Shown here: piece by piece, positions 41,644 through 49,811 of the stretch | Layout: the number at the start of each line of letters is the position of its first letter | Position numbering within the stretch: position 1 is the first letter of the stretch | NCBI GenBank assembly: GCA_963664395.2 | Contig: OY761159.2 | Coordinates: forward strand, 4,384,001-4,448,000 | Length of the DNA: 64,000 nucleotides | Direction of reading: 5' to 3' | DNA from: Candidatus Binatia bacterium | GTDB taxonomy: Bacteria; Desulfobacterota; Binatia; Bin18 | The notes under the pieces: generated by a model | Database searches by the model: none | Seen by the model: only the letters and a program-made list of their open reading frames with translations | What the model was told of the DNA's origin: nothing | Program-made: the position numbers and the translations under genes

Positions 41644-41826
41644 TTATCGATGCGGGCTGAGTTTACGAAGGACGAGAGAGACCGCCTCCTGGTAGAGACT
41701 CTCGTCAAAATCAGGATTGTCGCTCCGTAAGCGTTCGATTTCTGCTTGGCTGTGCTGCTCGAATTCCTCTGCGAGGCTAGTGAGCCGAAATTCTTTTACC
41801 AGAGTCGTATCCTTTGCTGTTGCCAC
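41644..41826 (-). CDS. Small hypothetical protein (60 aa)
   Basis: GGGAGG SD before GTG; co-oriented, 30 bp upstream of the SMC-like gene. Confidence 0.6.
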   Translation of the reverse strand: MATAKDTTLVKEFRLTSLAEEFEQHSQAEIERLRSDNPDFDESLYQEAVSLVLRKLSPHR

Positions 41827-42014
41827 TCGGTCCTCCCTTGTCTCGTTGTTACGACTGAATTCAGTCTATATATACGGACGGGTTCATTATAACGACCACC
41901 CCCGGTCCTGGAATCTGGCCTCTCATCAAGTCCGACTTGGCAATTGTCAAGTCCTCAGCTACGCTAGAGCCTCAAGAAAGCAGCTACAAGAAGGCAGTTA
42001 AAGGAGGCACACTG

Positions 42015-43193
42015 ATGAGTGGCTACACAATCATTGACGTTGATACGCACGTAACAGAGACTCCAGACCTGTGGACCAGTCGGGTCCCTGACAAGTTTAA
42101 GGACTCGGTCCCCCACATTGCCGTAGACGCCAAGGGACGCCAATGGTGGTTCCTCGGAGATCGACGCATTGCGAATCCCGGCCTGACCGCCACCGCGGGT
42201 GTGGGCGATATGACGAACTGGCCCAAGTCCTATGACGAGATGCACCCAGGCGCATTCGACGCCAAGGAGCGCCTCAAATACATGGATAAAATGGGAATCT
42301 GGGCGATGGTGATGTATCCCAACGTCGGAGGATTCGGCAGCCAGGAGTTTCTCCGCTTGGAAGATTCCGAGCTCAAGCTCACCTGTGTGCAGGTGTATAA
42401 CGATTGGCAGACCGAGTGGGCGTCAGCCGATTCACGCCGCCTGCTCCCGATCACCTCAACGCCATTCTGGGATGTTGACGCCGCCGTGGAAGAAATCCGG
42501 CGCTGCCACGCCCTGGGCCATAAGGGCATTCTCTTCACCGGAGACCCGCAATCGCTCGGCCAACCACTGCTGGGCGACCCCCATTGGAATCCGTTATGGG
42601 AAGTGGCGTGCGAGCTCGACCAGCCGATCAGCTTTCATATTGGCTCTGGCAATATGGATGGCGGTCTGCGACGCGACAAAGTCAAGGCGTACGGCAAAAT
42701 GGCCGCATTTGCCGAGCTTTCGGTTGACATCTTCATGCGTAACGGCATTCAGTTAAGCGACCTGATCCTTTCGGGTGTATTGGCGCGCTATCCGGATATT
42801 CAATTTGTCTCGGTTGAGAGCGGGATAGGCTGGATTCCTTTTGCCCTCGAAGCCTTGGATTATCAGTTCGTCGGCAACCGTGTCCGGGAAGAGCGACCCG
42901 ACCTGGATATGCTGCCGTCCGAGTACTTTGCGCGTAACATCCACGCTTGTTACTGGTTCGAGCAGATCGCCCCACGTCGCCTGATCGATAAAGTCGGCGT
43001 CGACAAGATCATGTTTGAAACCGACTTTCCCCATCCGACTTCGCTCTACGGCGATGAAGTTCATGAGCGTATCAAGAGCGGCCTGGGTGACTGTGACGAA
43101 GAAGTCCGGCGTAAAATCCTCTGGGGCAACGGACAGAAGCTGTATAAAGTTGAAGGTCCGACACCAGCGGACGAAGCCAAGTTGAACGCCTGA
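42015..43193 (+). CDS. Amidohydrolase_2 family protein
   Basis: IDVDTHVTE, ISFHIG, VESGIGW, ETDFPH; AAGGAGG SD. Confidence 0.9.
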   Translation: MSGYTIIDVDTHVTETPDLWTSRVPDKFKDSVPHIAVDAKGRQWWFLGDRRIANPGLTATAGVGDMTNWPKSYDEMHPGAFDAKERLKYMDKMGIWAMVMYPNVGGFGSQEFLRLEDSELKLTCVQVYNDWQTEWASADSRRLLPITSTPFWDVDAAVEEIRRCHALGHKGILFTGDPQSLGQPLLGDPHWNPLWEVACELDQPISFHIGSGNMDGGLRRDKVKAYGKMAAFAELSVDIFMRNGIQLSDLILSGVLARYPDIQFVSVESGIGWIPFALEALDYQFVGNRVREERPDLDMLPSEYFARNIHACYWFEQIAPRRLIDKVGVDKIMFETDFPHPTSLYGDEVHERIKSGLGDCDEEVRRKILWGNGQKLYKVEGPTPADEAKLNA

Positions 43194-43219
43194 AATTTCA
43201 GTGCACCACGCTCAAAAGG

Positions 43220-43251
43220 AACGGCCAAGGGCATCTGCCCTTGGCCGTTTT
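43220..43251 (+). terminator. Intrinsic terminator between convergent genes
   Basis: AACGGCCAAGGGCA-TC-TGCCCTTGGCCGTT followed by TT. Confidence 0.7.
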
Positions 43252-43291
43252 GACTGGAGTCGGCAGCCACCTCCGCTATGGACCACCTTAC

Positions 43292-43594
43292 TCAGAGAAT
43301 CCGAATGTCTTTGTGATACACGCACCGATAGCGGACCGGAAACGTTCCCGGCTCTTCCTCAAGAATTTTTCGGCCCGTCCGTTCTTCAAACACACAGACC
43401 CATTTCACAATGCGCTCCGGTTGTAAGTAGAAGCCGGCTACGCCCAGCTCCTGGACAATATGTCGAACGATGCCACCGGCCGTCAGCGCTCGGTCAGGCT
43501 TGCCACGGTACGCCTTCACCACATAGTGCGCGATGTCTTCTTCAATCAGGCCATAGGCAGTTCCATGCCCAACGCCAATATCAAAACTCGGCAT
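43292..43594 (-). CDS. Hypothetical protein (~100 aa), possibly winged-helix
   Basis: GGGAGAGAGG SD before ATG 43594; no recognised family. Confidence 0.5.
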   Translation of the reverse strand: MPSFDIGVGHGTAYGLIEEDIAHYVVKAYRGKPDRALTAGGIVRHIVQELGVAGFYLQPERIVKWVCVFEERTGRKILEEEPGTFPVRYRCVYHKDIRIL

Positions 43595-43808
43595 GCCTCT
43601 CTCCCACAAACACATAGCGCGACTATACGAACCCACGGCCTTTCAAGTCAATGGAGAAGTCGAAAGCTCTGCCTGTCCGCAAAAAATACCCTCCTTCCGC
43701 TCATCGACCTGCGGGTCCATACTTTTCCGTTCCGCCCATAGCGCTTGACTGCTACAAGGATTCATGACGATATCCTTCTTTGGACGTTGTCTTATTCTGG
43801 AGGGAACC

Positions 43809-46091
43809 ATGCCGAGTTTAGTCAGCGTTGGGCAGCCGGCCGGCCATGTAGAAGGGCCATCAAAGGTAACGGGGCAGGCCCGCTATACCGCGGATATTCG
43901 GCTGCCCGGTTTGCTGTACGGCAAGTGCCTGCGCAGCCCGTTTCCCCACGCACGAATTGTCTCGATTGATACCGCGCAGGCAAAAGCCCTGGCCGGCGTC
44001 CACGCGGTCATTACCGGAGCTGAGCTGCCGGACCGCCGCATTGGTCGTTTCTTTTTGGATAAGCCCGTGCTCGCGCGGGACGTGGTTCGTTTTGTAGGCG
44101 AGAAGGTGGTCGCGGTTGCGGCTGAGTCCATGGACATTGCCGAGGAAGCGCTCACCCGCATAGCAGTTGAGTATGACGCCCTGCCCGCAGTCTTTGATCC
44201 CGTCGAGGCCATGCAGGCAGACGCGCCGCGCGTCCATACCGACACCAGCTCATACACCCATCCTCCCGTGCCCGATTTTGTTCATCCGGGTGATGACCGC
44301 CTGTACCCGGACATTCCCAATGTGGTATCCCAAGTCTTCTACACCCACGGCGATGTTGAAGCCGGCTTTGCTCAAGCCAGCCGCGAGTTTACCCATACGT
44401 TTACCATTCCCCCGGTTCATCAGGGTTATATTGAGCCGCACGCCAGTGTCGTCAGGATTGAGCCAGACGGTAAAGTCAATCTGTGGATCTCGAATAAGAC
44501 CCCCTTTGTGGCCCGGTCTCAGTTTGCGGCAGCGCTGGATGTGACCGAGGAGCGAGTCTGCGTCAACACCGCGCCCATTGGCGGTGATTTTGGGGGTAAA
44601 GGTTCATTGATGGATAGCGTCGTGTGCTATCACCTGGCCGCGGCCGCGGGTCGGCCGGTCAAAATGGTCATGACCTATACCGAAGAGCTGTTAGCCGGCA
44701 ATCCGCGTCATCCGGCAGTGGTGACGCTGCGGACCGGCGTAGACGCTAGCGGCCGTATTGTTGCCCGCAAGGCCAAGCTGGTTTTTAGCTGCGGTGCCTA
44801 TAGCGCCTTCACGCCCTTGCATACCGTGCATGGTAGTGTCCACGCCGCCGGTCCGTACCGGATGCCCAATGTCGAAATCGAGGTCTTTCGCGTCTACACC
44901 AACACCGTTCCCGCCGGACATATGCGCGCGCCCGGCGCGCCCCAGATCGTTTTTGGGGTTGAGAGCCACATGGACCTCATTGCCCAGGAGCTGGGGCTTG
45001 ACCCCTTGGAATTTCGGCTCCGCAATACGCTGGTCGAAGGCGACACCGCTCCGCTGGGTGAAAAGTGGAAGAAGATCCGCTGTAAAGAGACCCTGGAGGC
45101 CGCGGCTAGGGAAGCCGGGTGGGACACGGAAAAGGCGACCCATATTGGCCGCGGCATTGGCATGTATGACCGCGAGCCCGGAGCGTTTGGTCCATCGAGC
45201 GCAACCTTGAGTATCGCTGCCGACGCCACGCTGACCCTCATGACGGGCGCAGCAGATACCGGCACAGGATCGTATACGGTTCTCCAACAAGTTGTGGCTG
45301 AAGAATTACAGCTTCCTTTGGAATCCGTCAGGGTCGTGCAGGGCAGTACCGACTCCGCTCCTTGGGAAGTGGGCGCCGGGGGGAGTCGTCTGACGCATAT
45401 GGCCGGTCAGGCGACCCTGGCCGCCGTTCGAGAGTTAAAGGCAGGACTCACGGCATTTGCTGCCCGGCATATGGAAAGTCCGCCGGAGCAGGTCGCCTAT
45501 GAGGCCGGGGCGTTTGTGAATACGAACGGGCAGCGCCTTGCGCTCCCTGCGCTGATGACCGCACTCGCCGACCGGGAAGAGCTGCCCTTACGCTATACGG
45601 GAGAATATGTGGCCGAAGACCCCGTGGAGGTGACCTCATTCTGCGCCCAAATAGCCGAAGTCGCTGTTGACCCGGCAACCGGCCAGGTGACGCTCAAGAA
45701 ACTCACAACCGCGCACGATGTCGGCACCATCCTCAATCCGCTCACCCACCAGGGACAGATTGAAGGTGGGGCGGTCCAAGGGGTCGGCCACGCATTGACC
45801 GAACAGCTGATTGTGCAGGACGGAGCAGTGACGAATGTCCATTTGGGTGACTATAAACTGCCGACCAGCATGGATATTCCGGAGCTGAAAACCGTACTGG
45901 TCGAAAGCGGCGTCGGCCCTGCGCCCTACGCAGGCAAGGCGATTGGCGAGCACAGTAATGTGGCCGTACCAGCTGCGGTGGCAAACGCCGTCTTTGATGC
46001 GGTGGGAGTCCGGCTGATGGATTTGCCGGTGACCGCAGAGAAAGTGTATGCGGCCCTGCGAGAAAAAAACAGCGCCGCCCGGAATGATTGA
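43809..46091 (+). CDS. Xanthine dehydrogenase family molybdopterin-binding subunit (CoxL-like)
   Basis: KVTGQARYTAD, GGDFGGKG, QIEGGAVQGVG, KAIGE. Confidence 0.92.
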   Translation: MPSLVSVGQPAGHVEGPSKVTGQARYTADIRLPGLLYGKCLRSPFPHARIVSIDTAQAKALAGVHAVITGAELPDRRIGRFFLDKPVLARDVVRFVGEKVVAVAAESMDIAEEALTRIAVEYDALPAVFDPVEAMQADAPRVHTDTSSYTHPPVPDFVHPGDDRLYPDIPNVVSQVFYTHGDVEAGFAQASREFTHTFTIPPVHQGYIEPHASVVRIEPDGKVNLWISNKTPFVARSQFAAALDVTEERVCVNTAPIGGDFGGKGSLMDSVVCYHLAAAAGRPVKMVMTYTEELLAGNPRHPAVVTLRTGVDASGRIVARKAKLVFSCGAYSAFTPLHTVHGSVHAAGPYRMPNVEIEVFRVYTNTVPAGHMRAPGAPQIVFGVESHMDLIAQELGLDPLEFRLRNTLVEGDTAPLGEKWKKIRCKETLEAAAREAGWDTEKATHIGRGIGMYDREPGAFGPSSATLSIAADATLTLMTGAADTGTGSYTVLQQVVAEELQLPLESVRVVQGSTDSAPWEVGAGGSRLTHMAGQATLAAVRELKAGLTAFAARHMESPPEQVAYEAGAFVNTNGQRLALPALMTALADREELPLRYTGEYVAEDPVEVTSFCAQIAEVAVDPATGQVTLKKLTTAHDVGTILNPLTHQGQIEGGAVQGVGHALTEQLIVQDGAVTNVHLGDYKLPTSMDIPELKTVLVESGVGPAPYAGKAIGEHSNVAVPAAVANAVFDAVGVRLMDLPVTAEKVYAALREKNSAARND

Positions 46092-46120
46092 TACACGCGG
46101 CGTAGAGGAAGCAGCCAGGT

Positions 46121-46591
46121 ATGAAATCCATTCGACTCCGAGTAAATGGCCAAGCTGTTGAGCGGGACATTCCGGACAACACCTTGCTCATCGATTTATT
46201 ACGCACCGGTCTTGATCTCACCGGGACCAAAGAAGGCTGTAGCGTGGGCGTGTGCGGGGCGTGTACCGTCCTGCTTGACGGTCAGCCCGTCAGTTCCTGC
46301 TTGACTCTCGCGGTCACGGCGGACGGCTGTGCGGTCACCACTATTGAAGGACTGTCTGACGGCGACAGGCTGCATCCGCTCCAAAGGGCGTTTATCGACT
46401 ACGGCGGCTTTCAGTGCGGTATTTGTACGCCGGGTCAGATCATGTCGGCCAAAGCGCTGTTGGACGAAAACTCGCATCCGTCAAAAGACGAGATTCAAAA
46501 CTGGATGATGGGCAATCTGTGCCGCTGTACCGGCTATTATAAAATAATCGAGTCGATCCAGGCGGTGGCGGACGGAAGGGTCACACCATGA
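46121..46591 (+). CDS. 2x[2Fe-2S] subunit (CoxS-like)
   Basis: GCSVGVCGACTV, QCGICTPG, NLCRCTGY. Confidence 0.95.
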   Translation: MKSIRLRVNGQAVERDIPDNTLLIDLLRTGLDLTGTKEGCSVGVCGACTVLLDGQPVSSCLTLAVTADGCAVTTIEGLSDGDRLHPLQRAFIDYGGFQCGICTPGQIMSAKALLDENSHPSKDEIQNWMMGNLCRCTGYYKIIESIQAVADGRVTP

Positions 46592-47472
46592 TTGCCTTTG
46601 AATATGTTGAGCCGGAAAGCCTCGAAGAGACTTTAGCCCTGCTTGAACAGCACGGCGAGGACGCCAAGGTCCTGGCCGGTGGAACCGGGCTGATCAACCT
46701 GATGAAGCAACGTCTGGTTCAGCCCGAGTATCTGATCGGTCTCCGCCGCCTGGCCCGCCGCCCGGAACTCGCTGAGATTCGGCCCAACGGTGGCCTCACT
46801 ATTGGGGCGTTGTGTTCGCATCGTACCGTAGAAACCTCAGCTCTGATTCAGCGCCGGCTTCCCCTTTTGGCTACGACCTTTCAGCATGTGGCCAGTGTTC
46901 GGATTCGGACGGCCGCGACCATTGGCGGCTCACTGGCGCATGCCGACCCAAACCAGGACCCGCCGCCCGCGTTGCTCGTCCTGGACGCGCAGATTCGGGT
47001 CCAATCAACCCACGGCGAGCGGGAAATTGATCTGAACGATTTTTTTGTCGATTATTATGAAACCGCGCTCGAACCCGAGGAACTCATCACCAGCGTTGTC
47101 ATCCCGCCCCAACCCACCGGCGCGGGGACTGCTTTCTCTAAATTCCTGCCCCAGACGCACGACGATTACGCAACCGTTGCCGTCGCCGCACGGATATCCT
47201 TGGACGGCGACACCATTGCCCACGCCCGCATCGCCTTGGGTGCGGCCGCAGCCACCCCACTCCGGGCAAAAGCGGTTGAAACCGCCCTCCAGGGCCAGAC
47301 CCCGACCCCCAAGCTTATTCGTGACGCGGCCGCTCTTGTTGCCGAAGAGGTTGACCCGCTCGCAGACTTTCGCGGCTCGGCGGAATACAAGCGCGACATG
47401 GCCGTCGTCTTTACCCAGCGGACCATCGAACAGGCAGTGACACGGGCCAGGGAAGCGAGCGGGAACGGATGA
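46588..47472 (+). CDS. FAD-binding subunit (CoxM-like)
   Basis: LAGGTGL, ATIGGSLAHADP, DFRGSAEYK. Confidence 0.93.
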   Translation: MIAFEYVEPESLEETLALLEQHGEDAKVLAGGTGLINLMKQRLVQPEYLIGLRRLARRPELAEIRPNGGLTIGALCSHRTVETSALIQRRLPLLATTFQHVASVRIRTAATIGGSLAHADPNQDPPPALLVLDAQIRVQSTHGEREIDLNDFFVDYYETALEPEELITSVVIPPQPTGAGTAFSKFLPQTHDDYATVAVAARISLDGDTIAHARIALGAAAATPLRAKAVETALQGQTPTPKLIRDAAALVAEEVDPLADFRGSAEYKRDMAVVFTQRTIEQAVTRAREASGNG

Positions 47473-47948
47473 ACTTCGAGCATAGCTGTACGGTCCCGGT
47501 TGCGCGCAAAACACTGTGGGATTTTCTCATGGATGTGCCGCAGATGGCGGCCTGTATACCGGGGGTGAGCGAGGTTGTCGCCACCGGTGAGGATCAATAC
47601 GCGGGCCGGATGAAAATCACCTTCGGTCCTATTCGGCTCACCTTACAGGGCGAGCTCCGCATCCAGGAACTCGATCAAACGAATTGGCGCGCGGTTGGCC
47701 GGGCGGAAGCCAACGATCGACGCATTGGCGGCGGCGTCCATATCAGCGCCGCGCTGACCTTAGTCGAACAGGAAGAGGCGCAAACCCAACTGTCCATTCA
47801 GACCGAAGCCCGGCTCATGGGCAAACTGGGTGAGTTCGGCCAGCCCGTCATCCGGAAAAGGGCGGATAAAATCGTGGCCGAGTTCGCCTGGAATGTTGCC
47901 AAACATTTCTCGGCGTGTCTTGCTATTGGCTTGGATGCGGGGCGGTGA
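47469..47948 (+). CDS. SRPBCC-domain protein (CoxG-like)
   Basis: LWDFLMD...ACIPG, GKLGEFGQPVI; last gene of the cluster. Confidence 0.85.
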   Translation: MNFEHSCTVPVARKTLWDFLMDVPQMAACIPGVSEVVATGEDQYAGRMKITFGPIRLTLQGELRIQELDQTNWRAVGRAEANDRRIGGGVHISAALTLVEQEEAQTQLSIQTEARLMGKLGEFGQPVIRKRADKIVAEFAWNVAKHFSACLAIGLDAGR

Positions 47949-47973
47949 AAAAAACGAAGCGGAACGGACTCAC

Positions 47974-49698
47974 TCACTGATACAATGGCTCCATATCCGC
48001 ATACCGATTCCGGGGCTGAAAGACCCGGATGTAGTCAATCGTCAGTTCCGATTGGGTCGTCAGCGGCCTTGGGTGCGAATTCCAAGTGCCGATGCTCATA
48101 TGGAGCGGTGCGTGGCTGATCCCCAGGGCCTCCAGGTAGAGGGAGGGAGTGCTCGGGTCCAACGGCACGAAGTACGGCTCTCTCCATCTGCCGAACAGTT
48201 GCCTGCGATTCATACCGTAGCCGTATCTCCATTCGCCGAGATCGTTCTTTCCTGGAGACTGGAAGATCCAGGTCTTGTTCTGTGGGATTACTTGCAGCTC
48301 ATCCTCACGCCCATGAATCCGCCGCAAAAAGAGATAGCCCCCGGGAGTCCACTCCATCCCCTCGGTGATGGTCAGTCTGTCTATTCCCGTACAATGAGAC
48401 CCCCCAGAGCACACCTGCCGGAGTTTGTACGACAGCATCGGCCGCACCGCGTCATGGTGAGTAAACGGAGCCCAGTTTCGGTACTGGTGCGAGATCACAG
48501 ACCGATTTCTTACATTGTACTCAACGAGATCGAGCTCGAGCCAGGGCACCAGGGTCAGGACGCGCTCCAGACTGTTAAGGCTCAGGTTGTGAGTATTGAG
48601 CAAATGGCGCTCCGTCATTCTCGGGTCGCCCATGACTACATTGTAGTTCGGGCGATCCAGTGAGATGCGCGCCCCGACGGTGTAGCGCATTTCCACATAC
48701 CCATACCGGGGCTCGAAGATGCCCAAAGTATCGACGCCGCCCCCGCATTGGCTGGTTGTTGAAACATGTAGATGGCCGTTCTCCAAGTATTGGCACGGGA
48801 CACCCTGTGGGTCCGGACGGCAACTCTTCTCTACGTAATTCCACTTGCTCCCGTCCAACTCCGCCAACCCCCGGTCACAGTTGTCACTCCACTCCGACCA
48901 CGTCGTGTAACTCCCCTCGAACTCCTCGGCAAACACCAACTCGTACTCCTCCCGGTCTTGCAACAACTGTCCCGGCAGCTCAGCCACCAACGGACTGTTC
49001 GCCACCGCGAACGCCGCCGGCATGGTCTCAGGGGTGTAGTAACACCGGTAGCGATCCTCGTTCTTCGTCGGATAGTCGCTGCAATCCGGCGCCTCCGCCG
49101 GGCGATTGACCCCCACTTCCTGATACACCTTCTGCTGCCCCGACTGCACCGATACCTCTACCCGCTGCCCCGGAAAATCTGTAAACTTGCCCCTCACCGA
49201 CCGCAGTTTGCCTGTGTCCAATGTGTTGTTGTTGTTGTTGAGCGGCGCATCACTATCGACGCCGAGATGCAGCAGGCCGCTCTCCTCCGCTGAGAAGACC
49301 CGCACCTGCACCGCCCCGCAATTCGACCTGAAGCAATAGGTCGAGACCTCCCCGGACTGCCCCTCCACCGCAAACGTCAGATGGCCCTCCCCGGACTGTT
49401 CCCCGGTCAGGGCGCCGAAATAGATATTTTTGAACCCCTCAGAATAGACCTGCCTATCTCCCACCGTTACGACCCAATCCCGGTGCGATTCGACATCCCG
49501 GGGCCGCAGGCGGGCGCTCGGGTGGACATGAAACGCGGTGGGCGACGTGAAGCGCAACGCAGGCTCCGACACACTCTGCGCCTGCACCGGCAGCGCCCAG
49601 GCCAGCACGGCGATCAAACCAAGCGCACGGACCAGGCAGAGGGCACGGCGCATCGGACGCCCTCCGGGGGCTTGAGGGCTCTCGGTTGAAGAAAACAT
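47974..49698 (-). CDS. Secreted divergent GH16-like glycoside hydrolase
   Basis: Signal peptide (..LAWALPVQA); LVFAEEFEG, RYGYVEMR, ELDLVE (ExDxxE), C-terminal IDYIRVFQ; start uncertain. Confidence 0.6.
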   Translation of the reverse strand: MFSSTESPQAPGGRPMRRALCLVRALGLIAVLAWALPVQAQSVSEPALRFTSPTAFHVHPSARLRPRDVESHRDWVVTVGDRQVYSEGFKNIYFGALTGEQSGEGHLTFAVEGQSGEVSTYCFRSNCGAVQVRVFSAEESGLLHLGVDSDAPLNNNNNTLDTGKLRSVRGKFTDFPGQRVEVSVQSGQQKVYQEVGVNRPAEAPDCSDYPTKNEDRYRCYYTPETMPAAFAVANSPLVAELPGQLLQDREEYELVFAEEFEGSYTTWSEWSDNCDRGLAELDGSKWNYVEKSCRPDPQGVPCQYLENGHLHVSTTSQCGGGVDTLGIFEPRYGYVEMRYTVGARISLDRPNYNVVMGDPRMTERHLLNTHNLSLNSLERVLTLVPWLELDLVEYNVRNRSVISHQYRNWAPFTHHDAVRPMLSYKLRQVCSGGSHCTGIDRLTITEGMEWTPGGYLFLRRIHGREDELQVIPQNKTWIFQSPGKNDLGEWRYGYGMNRRQLFGRWREPYFVPLDPSTPSLYLEALGISHAPLHMSIGTWNSHPRPLTTQSELTIDYIRVFQPRNRYADMEPLYQ

Positions 49699-49811
49699 CC
49701 GAATGATACCTCCTCTCGTTTTGTTGGCAGATATATCATACCGAATGTATGAATAAAGAAGGGCAGAATATCCAACTCCCCTCAGATGACATGGAGGGAC
49801 TTTCCTGCACA

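Noticed and set aside
43809-46091. Aerobic CO dehydrogenase (coxL)
   Set aside because: Lacks the AYxCSFR and AYxGAGR active-site motifs.
47830-48663. 277-aa plus-strand ORF
   Set aside because: Antisense shadow of the GH16-like gene with no recognisable motifs.
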